Positions 45,879 through 53,766 of a stretch of 64,000 nucleotides of DNA are shown piece by piece. The notes under the pieces were generated by a model. The model was given only the letters and a program-made list of their open reading frames with translations. It was not told where the DNA came from and made no database searches. Position numbers and translations under genes: made by a program. The stretch spans positions 13,849-77,848 of the forward strand of contig JBBDMZ010000020.1 in the NCBI GenBank assembly GCA_040877955.1, given 5' to 3'. The stretch comes from Dehalococcoidia bacterium. Its GTDB lineage: Bacteria; Chloroflexota; Dehalococcoidia; Tepidiformales; Tepidiformaceae. The first letter of the stretch is position 1; each line of letters opens with the position of its first letter.

Positions 45879-47072
45879 ATGACCAGCCTCGCCGAGACCG
45901 GCTTCAACCCGTTCGACCCCGAGTTCCTCGAAGACCCGTTCCCCATCTACCGCATGGGCCGCCAGGCGATGCCTGTCGCGTTCGTCGAGCCTATGAATCT
46001 GTGGTTGGCCTTCGGCTACAACGACTGCGTGGAGATTCTGAAGAGCCACAATTCGTTCTCCTCCCACTGGCCGCAGCCGGAGGTCGAAGAGGGCGGCGGG
46101 AGCATGCTCAACAGCGACCCGCCCGACCACACCCGCCTCCGTGGGCTCGTCTCCCAGGCATTCACGCCACGCATGGTTGAACAGCTCGAACCCCGCATCC
46201 GCCAGATCACGAACGAGTTGCTGGACGCCATCGCCGGCCAGCGCGAGGCGGATATCGTCGACGCCCTAACCTACCCGCTGCCGGTCATCGTCATCGCGGA
46301 GATCATGGGCATCCCCTCAAAGGACCGCGCCCGCTTCAAGCACTGGTCGGACGAGGTGGTGAAGAAGCTGGGTCCGCCGTCGATAGAAGGGGATGGGCAG
46401 ATCGACCAGGCGCTGATGGACGAGATGTCCGCCTACTTCACGGACATCATCGAGCAGCGCCGCGCCGCGCCCCGGAGCGACCTCGTCAGCGGCCTCGTCG
46501 CAGCCGCCGATGCGGAGGGGTCGAAGCTCACCACGCAGGAGCTGCTGGAGATGATGCTCCTCCTGCTCGTCGCCGGGAATGAGACGACCACCAACCTCAT
46601 CGGCAATGCCATCCAGGAGTTCATGGAGCATCCGGACCAGCTCGCCCTCGTCCAGGCCGATCCGTCCCTCCTGCCCGGCGCGATCGAGGAGACCCTCCGC
46701 CACAACTCCCCCGTCCAGGCGACGGTTCGCCGTGTCGCGCAGCCGCTCGAGCTCAGCGGTAAGCGGCTCGAGCCAGGCGCCGAGGTGCTCGTGCTGCTCG
46801 GGTCCGCCAACCGCGACGAGTCCGTCTACCCGGACGCGGAGGCGTTCGACATCCGTCGCGTCCAGAACCCGCGGCACCTCGCGTTCGGGTTGGGGGTCCA
46901 CTTCTGCCTGGGCGCGCCCCTCGCGCGGCTGGAGGCGAAGGTGGCACTCGAGGAGTTCCTCGCCCGCTTCCGCGACTTCGAGCGCATCGACGACCGCCTT
47001 CTCCCGCGCGTCCCCACGTTCATCATGCGAGGCGTCCGCGAGCTCCCCATCAAGTACGAAGTGGTGCGCTAA
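45879..47072 (+). CDS. cytochrome P450
   Basis: AAGGAG SD before ATG 45879; AGNETT (I-helix), ETLR (K-helix), heme loop FGLGVHFCLGAPLA. Confidence 0.93.
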   Translation: MTSLAETGFNPFDPEFLEDPFPIYRMGRQAMPVAFVEPMNLWLAFGYNDCVEILKSHNSFSSHWPQPEVEEGGGSMLNSDPPDHTRLRGLVSQAFTPRMVEQLEPRIRQITNELLDAIAGQREADIVDALTYPLPVIVIAEIMGIPSKDRARFKHWSDEVVKKLGPPSIEGDGQIDQALMDEMSAYFTDIIEQRRAAPRSDLVSGLVAAADAEGSKLTTQELLEMMLLLLVAGNETTTNLIGNAIQEFMEHPDQLALVQADPSLLPGAIEETLRHNSPVQATVRRVAQPLELSGKRLEPGAEVLVLLGSANRDESVYPDAEAFDIRRVQNPRHLAFGLGVHFCLGAPLARLEAKVALEEFLARFRDFERIDDRLLPRVPTFIMRGVRELPIKYEVVR

Positions 47073-47210
47073 CAACAACGGTCATAGCCGCGACCAGAAG
47101 GGAGCGAACGGCTCGTGCCCTGCGGCCGTTGTCGCCGTGACTCCCCCGCCGACCGTGGAGTGCCGTTACCCCTGACCCGGACGATAGTTCGCCCGCCCGA
47201 GGCCGCAGAG

Positions 47211-47245
47211 AGCCCGCGCCCGCAGAGGGGCGCAGCTACCAGCCC
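47211..47245. repeat. isolated REP family B copy
   Basis: agcccgcgcccgcagaggggcgcagctaccagccc resembles 54297-54333. Confidence 0.55.
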
Positions 47246-47270
47246 CTAGCCTCTAGCCTCTAGCCCCTAG
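47241..47270. repeat. four tandem heptamers CCYCTAG (CTAG every 7 nt), overlapping the cysE stop codon
   Basis: agcccctag cctctag cctctag cccctag read directly. Confidence 0.65.
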
Positions 47271-47950
47271 CCCCTGACGCCCGACTCTTCCTCGTGGTGG
47301 TGGCCGTCGTGGGTTTCGGTGGCGTGCTCTTCGAGGTGGTGGACAAGGTCGTGGAGTTCCTGGACCTTGCGGTCGAGCTCGTTCAGGCGCTCCCACTCGG
47401 GGTCCGGGAGGCGCTGAATGACGCCGTTCGAGGTGTCACGGTAGGCGACAATATGTCCGGGCACGCCCACGACGGTCGCATTCGCGGGCACGTTTGTAAC
47501 GACAACGCTCCCGGCGCCAATCTGAGAATTCTCGCCGATCTCGATCGCGCCGATGACCTTCGCCCCCGCGCCCACGACGACGTTGTCGCGCAGCGTCGGG
47601 TGGCGCTTCACGCGCTGGGTGCTCGTGCCGCCGAGGGTCACTCCCTGGTAGAGCATCACGTTCTCGCCGATCTCCGCCGTCTCCCCGATGACCACGCCCA
47701 TGCCGTGGTCAATGAAGAAGCGGGGGCCGATCGTCGCCCCAGGGTGGATTTCGATGCCCGTGAGGAAGCGTGTGAAGTGCATGAGGCCCCGCGGAATCAG
47801 CGGGACATGTCGCCGATAGAGCGCGTTCGCGAAGCGGTGGGCCAGGCGCGCGTGGAACCCGGGGTAAAAGAGGATGACCTCCAGCGTGCCACGCGCCGCG
47901 GGGTCGTGCTCGAGCGTGGCGCGAATGTCGCTGCGGATGCCGGAAAGCAT
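47267..47950 (-). CDS. cysE: serine O-acetyltransferase
   Basis: hexapeptide repeats, [16 protein letters not shown] and LGGTS motifs; 227 aa. Confidence 0.93.
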   Translation of the reverse strand: MLSGIRSDIRATLEHDPAARGTLEVILFYPGFHARLAHRFANALYRRHVPLIPRGLMHFTRFLTGIEIHPGATIGPRFFIDHGMGVVIGETAEIGENVMLYQGVTLGGTSTQRVKRHPTLRDNVVVGAGAKVIGAIEIGENSQIGAGSVVVTNVPANATVVGVPGHIVAYRDTSNGVIQRLPDPEWERLNELDRKVQELHDLVHHLEEHATETHDGHHHEEESGVRG

Positions 47951-48174
47951 GCGATCGAGCTTAGACGAGCGGCGGCGGCGTTGTCGCGACCCTCAGTGGG
48001 CAGGCCTCTCCACGGCGAGACGATCGGCCATGGACATGTGGGCCGGATGGCCGTTACGTCCCGGTGACGAGAATTTCACACTGTGTTCATGGTGAAGTAG
48101 TAGACATAGGGAACCATAGCGGTAACCTATCGACACATAGGCACACGGGGCGGCTTAGCTGGGGAGGTTGGGCG

Positions 48175-48372
48175 ATGCACATCGATGTCATCGAATTCGA
48201 ACTGGTCTGCAGCGAGCACGGATCGCACAAGATGCTTGTGCCGGTGGAGCTGCCGCGGCCGAGGCGCTGCGCCCACTGCTTCCTCCCGCTCGCCAGCCGC
48301 ACAGAGCTCCGCCGCTTCAGCATGGAAGGCCCGCTCCCCGGCGCCGTCGGCAGCGAGGCGTGGATCGGGTAA
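48175..48372 (+). CDS. 65-aa hypothetical protein with a CxxH...CxxC pattern
   Basis: GGGGAGG SD 8 nt before ATG 48175; LVCSEHGSHK...RRCAHC. Confidence 0.4.
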   Translation: MHIDVIEFELVCSEHGSHKMLVPVELPRPRRCAHCFLPLASRTELRRFSMEGPLPGAVGSEAWIG

Positions 48373-48497
48373 GGCCCCGGAGGCGGGCCGGAATCGGAGC
48401 CCGGAACGCTAGCGACGGGTGCGATGTGACTCGCACGACCAGCCGTCGGAGTACGATCGCACGCGCCCTGATGGTCGCGCTGGGACGGGCGCGGGTG

Positions 48498-49061
48498 TTA
48501 GCGTGCGTACCCCACGAACCGGTACGCGTACGGGTTCGTCTCCACGGTCACATCCCGCAGGCCCGCCGCCTCCAATCGTGACGGCAGCTCGTCCGGGTCG
48601 ATCGGGACGCAGACGTCCCCTTCGTGGAATTCGCGGAACTCCGGGCTATCGAGGCTGTCGTTGCCGATGACGACGCCACCCGAGCGCACGACGCGCACCA
48701 TCTCCGCGAAGAGCCGATCCTGCGCCGCGCGGTCCGGCACGTGGTGGAGCATCGTCAGGCAGATGGCGGCACTGAAGTGGCCCTCTTCGAAGGGCATCGC
48801 CGTCGCGTCCGCCTCCAGCACGGTCACATTCGTGCCAGTCAGCCGTGCCGCGAGCTCCGCGGCGAGCGCCGGGTCCACCTCCACCGCCGTGAGTCGCGGC
48901 ACGAGGGTGCGCAACACGTCGGTGGTCAGCCCCGGCCCCGGGCCGACCTCCAGGAGGTGGTCGCCGAGGTCGAGACCCGCGGTCGTCCCGGGAATAATGT
49001 GGATGCGCACGGTCTCCGCCCACTCCGGGCCGGCACAGTAGGCGAGATGGCGTTCGTTCAC
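48498..49061 (-). CDS. class I SAM-dependent methyltransferase
   Basis: LLEVGPGPG motif I; GTG start overlaps the DUF559 stop (GTGA). Confidence 0.85.
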   Translation of the reverse strand: MNERHLAYCAGPEWAETVRIHIIPGTTAGLDLGDHLLEVGPGPGLTTDVLRTLVPRLTAVEVDPALAAELAARLTGTNVTVLEADATAMPFEEGHFSAAICLTMLHHVPDRAAQDRLFAEMVRVVRSGGVVIGNDSLDSPEFREFHEGDVCVPIDPDELPSRLEAAGLRDVTVETNPYAYRFVGYAR

Positions 49062-49471
49062 TCCTCACCCCCCGACCCCCTCTCCGCGCGCTCGCGGAGA
49101 GGGGGAGCAGGACGTGCGCTGCACGCATCACTGATTTGACTGAGCACCGCGTTGAGGCGGTGTTGCACGGCGTCGTTCGTGAACCGGAGGAACTGGATGC
49201 CGTGGTCCTCCAAGGTCCGCTGTCGGTCGGCATCGGCGACCCGCTGCACGGGCGACAAGTGCACGTCGCCGTCCACCTCGACCGCGACGCCCACATCGGC
49301 GCAATAGAAGTCGATCACAAACCGGCCCACGGGGTGCTGCCGTCGGAACTTTAAGCCGTTCAGCCGCTTATCCCGTAAGGCTTCCCAGAGAGTCGCCTCC
49401 GTCGCGGTCAGCTCCCGGCGCAACCGTCGAGCTGCACGAACGTTGTTCCCCCTCAATGGACGCGTTTGCAC
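49058..49471 (-). CDS. DUF559 (Vsr-like endonuclease fold) protein
   Basis: TATEATLWEALRDKRLNGLKFRRQHPVGRFVIDFYC...VEVDG...D..R...L...G; GTG 49471 chosen. Confidence 0.75.
   Translation of the reverse strand: MQTRPLRGNNVRAARRLRRELTATEATLWEALRDKRLNGLKFRRQHPVGRFVIDFYCADVGVAVEVDGDVHLSPVQRVADADRQRTLEDHGIQFLRFTNDAVQHRLNAVLSQISDACSARPAPPLRERAERGSGGEE
49061..49105. repeat. left inverted repeat of the DUF559 cassette (contains its own hairpin)
   Basis: ctcctcaccccccgaccccctctccgcgcgctcgcggagaggggg. Confidence 0.65.
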
Positions 49472-49485
49472 AGCCCGAAAGCATA

Positions 49486-49530
49486 CTCCCCTCTCCGCGG
49501 GCGCGCGGAGAGGGGCTGGGGGTGAGGAAT
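49486..49530. repeat. right inverted repeat of the DUF559 cassette
   Basis: the reverse complement attcctcacccccagcccctctccgcgcgcccgcggagaggggag matches the left repeat at about 40 of 45 positions. Confidence 0.65.
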
Positions 49531-50369
49531 TACACCACCCGTTTGCCGGGCTGCACGCTCCCGTCCTCCACATCGCCGAGGAACGCGAGGATGGCGTCGC
49601 GCCACTGGGCGGCACGGTTCACGGGGACGCCGTGACCCGCCCCGCGGAACATCACATAGGCTGCCGCCGGGACCTCGGCCGCGATGACCTCCGCGGCCAC
49701 GCGCACCGGGTCGTTCTCGCCGGCGCAGACGAGAAGCGGCATTGTCAGCTTCTCCGCGAGCAGCGGGATGAGGTTGGCGCGCGCCTGGCGTGCGTAGATG
49801 GCGCCAAGGAAGCCTTCGTTGCTCATCGACGCGTACCGTTTGCGAAGGCCCTCCGCGAGGAAGGGGTCGCTGACCTTGGCCGCCTCGCGCTTGGCCAGCC
49901 CTGCTGTGCCGAAACGCGCGACGACCTCGCCCATCGCCGCCATGCCGCGCTCCCGTTCGCGAAACGCTTCGTCGTAGCGGTCGCTGTCGTGAGCGGGCGA
50001 TGAGTCCGAGATGACGAGCGCCGCCACGCGCTCCGGCCAGGTGACCGCGAACTGCAGCGCCACCATGCCTCCGAAGCTGCACCCGATCAGTCCGCAGACG
50101 TCGACCTCGAGCGAGTCGAGGAGGGCACGCACATCCTCCGCGTACGCCTCCATCGTGTAGCTCTCGATCTCCTCGGGCGCGGAGCTGCGGCCGTGCCCGC
50201 GCAGGTCAACGGCGATCACGCGGTAGTCCTCGCTCAGCGCGTCGACGTGCGGCGCCCACATACGGAGGTCGGCGGTGAACCCATGGAGGAGGACGACCCC
50301 GGGCGCTTCGGGGTCGCCCCACCATTCGTAGTTGATCGATAGCTCGTCGCTGAGGGGCAGAGTCGGCAT
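49530..50369 (-). CDS. alpha/beta hydrolase
   Basis: VVLLHGF, nucleophile elbow GCSFGG, C-terminal GAGHGVP. Confidence 0.9.
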   Translation of the reverse strand: MPTLPLSDELSINYEWWGDPEAPGVVLLHGFTADLRMWAPHVDALSEDYRVIAVDLRGHGRSSAPEEIESYTMEAYAEDVRALLDSLEVDVCGLIGCSFGGMVALQFAVTWPERVAALVISDSSPAHDSDRYDEAFRERERGMAAMGEVVARFGTAGLAKREAAKVSDPFLAEGLRKRYASMSNEGFLGAIYARQARANLIPLLAEKLTMPLLVCAGENDPVRVAAEVIAAEVPAAAYVMFRGAGHGVPVNRAAQWRDAILAFLGDVEDGSVQPGKRVV

Positions 50370-50499
50370 CCGCGCAGTGTAGCGCCACGGGGAGCCCGCA
50401 CGCGGCCCCTACCGTTCGGTAAGCGCCGGTGAAGGGCGCACGTCCCTCTGAGGGTGTTCCCCGATGGAGGCGCGAGGTTGCCCTGTGGAGACTGGAGGC

Positions 50500-50712
50500 A
50501 TGGTACTTATCTGCGCGTGGTGCGACCGCACCCTCCGCCGGGGAGCCGGCCCCGTCTCGCACGGCATCTGTGAGAATTGCAGCCGGCTCGTCGAGTCGCG
50601 TGTGGTGGAGCGATGGGACGCTCCCCCGCGGCGCAACCGCCGTCGGGAGCTCGCGAAGAAGATCCCCCTCCCGGGGTTCGACCAGGGCCTCGTCGGCGCG
50701 CCGGCGGGCTAG
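50500..50712 (+). CDS. 70-aa Cys-rich mini-protein (CAWC...HGICENC)
   Basis: MVLICAWCDRTLRRGAGPVSHGICENC; same cysteine/histidine pattern as the tail of 31425-32075. Confidence 0.5.
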   Translation: MVLICAWCDRTLRRGAGPVSHGICENCSRLVESRVVERWDAPPRRNRRRELAKKIPLPGFDQGLVGAPAG

Positions 50713-50737
50713 CCTTTCCCACAGTGCAGCTCAAAGC

Positions 50738-50772
50738 AACGGGGCCACCCTTCCGCGGAAGGGTGGCCCGTT
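50738..50772. terminator. GC-rich hairpin between convergent mini-genes
   Basis: aacggggccacccttc-cgcg-gaagggtggcccgtt; same tip (CTTCCGCGGAAG) as the hairpin at 4353-4389. Confidence 0.55.
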
Positions 50773-50831
50773 GTTGGTGTCGCGCCAGGGGGTAGCGCTT
50801 CACCGAGGAGGGAGGAACGGAACCGGTTCCA

Positions 50832-51017
50832 CTAGCCGAAGCGCCACTCTGGCACTGCCATGTGACAGCTCGGACAGTAGCGATCCCGCGCGTCGTAGCC
50901 GGCGCTGCACTCCGGGCAGCGCCGCGCTTCCGCGGCCCTGACCGTGACATACGCCGGGACCTGGGTGGTGGCAAAAAGCCGGCGCCACCACGAGTGTTCT
51001 TGTGGATTGCGAAGCAT
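50832..51017 (-). CDS. 61-aa zinc-ribbon mini-protein
   Basis: GGAGGGG SD 8 nt before ATG 51017; CPECSAGYDARDRYCPSC (CxxC-N11-CxxC). Confidence 0.6.
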   Translation of the reverse strand: MLRNPQEHSWWRRLFATTQVPAYVTVRAAEARRCPECSAGYDARDRYCPSCHMAVPEWRFG

Positions 51018-51082
51018 GAACTGGCCCCTCCAGTCGTTGAGGACGCGGTGGCGGCCATGGCCGCGCGAGCATCCGGACGAAT

Positions 51083-51123
51083 GAGAGGCATCGTCGGCAG
51101 ACTGAAGGGCTGCCGAGCCTCTC
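51083..51123 (-). terminator. hairpin directly 3' of riboswitch 2 (candidate expression platform)
   Basis: gagaggc...gcctctc outer stem enclosing ucggcag...cugccga, followed by AUUCGU. Confidence 0.4.
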
Positions 51124-51278
51124 CCAACGCCTACGGGGTTAGCTGACGGGTTCGGCGAGGGAGTCGCCTATTCCGTACTTCCGGGGAAGGACGGAAATTC
51201 ACCCCATAGAATGGTTCCCCCGTTTCGTCCTTCCGAGGACGGACGAATTCGGCAGGGCAGTTGTACCACATTCCGCGG
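51124..51278 (-). promoter_or_regulatory. c-di-AMP riboswitch (ydaO-yuaA class), copy 2
   Basis: minus-strand RNA reads ...GAAACGGGGGAACCAUUCUAUGGGGUGAAUUUCCG...CCGAACCCGUCAGCUAACCCCGUAGGCG; matches the conserved ydaO blocks ACGGGGGA-CCA, GGGGUGAAUC, CCGAACCCGUCAGCUAACCUCGUAAGCG. Confidence 0.85.
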
Positions 51279-51448
51279 AAAACCGGTGTTAAAGCAGTGT
51301 AAAACGCGAGATGGGCGGATTGTTGCGATTTCCTCGTGTGTTGAACACCGCGGTTAGACACACCGCCAAGGCGCCAACAGCGCCAAGTTTTCTTCCGGGC
51401 TTGGTGTGGCCGAGCGACATCCTCAGTGTCCGCAGAGATCGCCAAGGG

Positions 51449-51946
51449 CTATCTACGGGTTGGCGGCGTGTAGACGAGGCGCTTGAGGCCGGACTTCAGG
51501 ACCGGTGTGTTGAAATTGATGAGGAGGCCGAGCTGGTAGCGCGTGGCTTTGAGGTAGGACATGAGCTGGGCGGTGTGGATGGGGGCGAGTTCGCTGATCG
51601 CCTTGAGCTCCAGTACGAGCTGTCCCTCGACGAGCATCGCCTCTCCCACCCTTCTATCCTTGTACATCGCGGCGATGGGCACCTGTCGTTCGAAGCGAAT
51701 TGCTCGCAGCTCCAGCTCGATGGCCAGCGCCTCTTCGTACACCGATTCCACGAACCCGGGCCCTAGCTCTCGATGCACCTCAATCGCGGCCCCGATTACC
51801 CGTCGAGCCAGCGCATCCAGATCACCCGATGGCTCTACCCGCGGCCGCACGATCTCGGTCACGCCCGCAGTCTGCCTGTGCAGAACCCAGTGTTTCACCT
51901 CCGCGTCCTTGGCGGATTCTTCGCAATGTCCCCCACGCGAACACAC
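51449..51946 (-). CDS. GxxExxY protein (PD-(D/E)XK nuclease superfamily); start uncertain (GTG 51862 possible)
   Basis: VIGAAIEVHRELGPGFVESVYEEAL...ELKA...QLMSYLKATRYQLGLLINF. Confidence 0.8.
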   Translation of the reverse strand: MCSRGGHCEESAKDAEVKHWVLHRQTAGVTEIVRPRVEPSGDLDALARRVIGAAIEVHRELGPGFVESVYEEALAIELELRAIRFERQVPIAAMYKDRRVGEAMLVEGQLVLELKAISELAPIHTAQLMSYLKATRYQLGLLINFNTPVLKSGLKRLVYTPPTRR

Positions 51947-51971
51947 GTCATCGGCGGCGACGAGTCCTCAA

Positions 51972-53318
51972 TCAAACCTTGGCGCTCTTGGCGTCTTGGC
52001 GGTTAGACTCCTCCGCCGCCTCCTCCTGCACGCGTGACCACTCCGCCTCAGGGTCGTCGAAGCCCAGGCGGGAAGCGGCTGAGCGGCGCGAGCTGATGCC
52101 CGCGCCCACGAGCGTCCGCTCGTCCGCCACCTGGCGGCTGCGGTCGACGGGGAGGACCGGTCCCCATTGCGCGACCGGGCGCAGGCCCTCGATATCGAGA
52201 CCGGCGTACTGGTGGAGCAGGCGCAGAATCATCGTCGCACGCCGTTCGTAGACAGCCGTGCGGATGAGGCGCTTGCGCGCGACCTTCTTCGCGAGCGGGT
52301 CCAGCTCGGTGTTGAGGGCGACGCCGCTCAGGCCCTGCGGGTTGTGCCCGAAGGCCGCCCGCGGCGACTCGCCGAGGTCGTGGAGGGCGCGGTAGACGAG
52401 GTCGATGTAGTCCGTGTGGAGCGCGATGCCGCCGCCCTGGAGGAGGTCCAGCAGGTACGCCTTCGCCTTCTCCGGGATCTCCCAGACCGCGCCCGGTTCG
52501 ACGGCGATGTCCGCGGAGCCGTGGATGCCTTCGAGTACGGCGATGGGGTTGCCGCTCAGCTCCATGATCGCGCTGAGCTGGCTGAACGCCCGGTTCAGCT
52601 CGCGGCTGGCGACCATGAGCGGGGGGACGTCGCTCGCTCCCCATGGCTGCTTCGGCTCGCGCACGTTCGGGAACACCACGAACGGGATGAACCCGTACGG
52701 GTTGGCAATGCGCTGGACGACGTCGTTGCCGTCGTAGAGCTCGAAGGTTTCGGCCGTCCAGTACTCGGTGGTTGCCTGTTGCCGGTCGCCTGTGGGTTGC
52801 GCTGGCTCGGCGGTGGAGTACTGGGTGGCGAGAGCGGTGATGCGGGAGGGGTCGTCCGGCACGCGCCAGGCCCAGAGGCCCTGCACGTCTGGTGCGCTCA
52901 CTCGCACCATGCGCTCGGCGGGATCCCAGGTCACCTTAAAGGCCGCGTCGCCGAGGACCGCGCAGTCCAGCTCCGTCTCGAAGTCGAGTTGAGCGAGGGC
53001 GTTGGCGGACTCGACCTCGCGGAGGGCGCGCTCGGCGTTGCGGGCACGTTCGCGACCGGCGGGCGTGTCGCCATCGCGCGCCTCGACTTGCACGGCGAGC
53101 CCGTTAAGCAGGTAGCTCGTGACCTTGTCCGCGAATGCCTTCGCGTAGTTGAGCGTGAGCCGCCGCTCGCCCCGCCGTCCGCGCCCCTCCCACTGCCGCC
53201 CCTCATAGAAGTCGAGGTTGTCGCGGTACCGGCGCATGCGGTCCTCGTCCATGCGCGTGAGGCGCAGCGGCAGCGGCGCCTCCGAGAGGATGCGGGTAGG
53301 GGTCGTGGTAGCGGGCAT
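51972..53318 (-). CDS. phage portal protein, SPP1 Gp6-like (orphan)
   Basis: RMRRYRDNLDFYEGRQW...LTLNYAKAFADKVTSYL N-terminal pattern typical of SPP1-type portals; 448 aa, uninterrupted. Confidence 0.8.
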   Translation of the reverse strand: MPATTTPTRILSEAPLPLRLTRMDEDRMRRYRDNLDFYEGRQWEGRGRRGERRLTLNYAKAFADKVTSYLLNGLAVQVEARDGDTPAGRERARNAERALREVESANALAQLDFETELDCAVLGDAAFKVTWDPAERMVRVSAPDVQGLWAWRVPDDPSRITALATQYSTAEPAQPTGDRQQATTEYWTAETFELYDGNDVVQRIANPYGFIPFVVFPNVREPKQPWGASDVPPLMVASRELNRAFSQLSAIMELSGNPIAVLEGIHGSADIAVEPGAVWEIPEKAKAYLLDLLQGGGIALHTDYIDLVYRALHDLGESPRAAFGHNPQGLSGVALNTELDPLAKKVARKRLIRTAVYERRATMILRLLHQYAGLDIEGLRPVAQWGPVLPVDRSRQVADERTLVGAGISSRRSAASRLGFDDPEAEWSRVQEEAAEESNRQDAKSAKV

Positions 53319-53403
53319 AGTCGCGCCTCCAGCGGGATGTGCGGCGGAGCGTGGGCGCGGGTGGCGGGTAGCGCGAAGGGGTGGATGTCACCGCCACAGG
53401 CAG

Positions 53404-53442
53404 CCGTGGGTAGCTGCGCCCCACCGTGGGCGCGGGCTACGC
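53404..53442 (+). repeat. REP family B copy
   Basis: ccgtgggtagctgcgccccaccgtgggcgcgggctacgc. Confidence 0.75.
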
Positions 53443-53695
53443 TATTTAATCTCCGCGTCCGCAACGGCCTCCGGGCAGCACCTACCCCGTGTTCGGCGGC
53501 GAATTGCGGGGACGACTACGGTTGCCACGACGCCGAGAGCAACGCTCGCCCACGAGGCATCGGCCCGGGGAACGGCGGCAACACTACCGGCAACGGCCAG
53601 CACAAGGCACGACGGCGCCACGAGCACCGCCGTTGGGAACCACCACGGCCCTGCGCCGCGTATGCCGGTTTATTCGACCGCCACCGCCACCGCGG

Positions 53696-53735
53696 CCGTG
53701 GGTAGCTGCGCCCCACCGTGGGCGCGGGTAGCGCC
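53696..53735 (+). repeat. REP family B copy
   Basis: ccgtgggtagctgcgccccaccgtgggcgcgggtagcgcc, 32 nt from the RAYT stop. Confidence 0.75.
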
Positions 53736-53766
53736 ATTAATTTAGCCCGACCGGCACCCGCCGTTC

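Noticed and set aside
47951-48174. 224-nt leader upstream of cysE examined for a SAM or T-box type riboswitch
   Set aside because: I could not find any conserved core sequence of a known class by eye. The low-GC part is more simply a divergent promoter region, so it is left unannotated.
50507-51127. 206-aa minus-strand ORF spanning the zinc-ribbon gene region and the riboswitch platform
   Set aside because: It is out of frame with the SD-preceded 61-aa ORF, runs through two hairpins, and has an Arg/Ala/Gly/Pro-rich shadow composition.
53442-53627. 61-aa ORF between two REP family B copies (MLVAPSCLVLAVAGSVAAVPR...)
   Set aside because: It has a GTG start without an SD and sits inside a repeat-bounded spacer. 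Its hydrophobicity is explainable by GC-rich codons, and there is no supporting signal.
52167-53705. 512-aa plus-strand ORF opposite the portal gene. The same class includes 54388-56058, 24949-26781, 12999-14483, 17524-18804, 20787-21854, 27997-28947, 36011-37321, 37370-38311, 41739-42614, 44580-45404, 46317-47078, 47294-48067, 57386-58426, 7282-8361 and 8358-9731.
   Set aside because: Each is antisense to a gene with clear family motifs. None has a recognisable domain, and all have the biased Arg/Gly/Ala/Asp composition expected of shadow ORFs.
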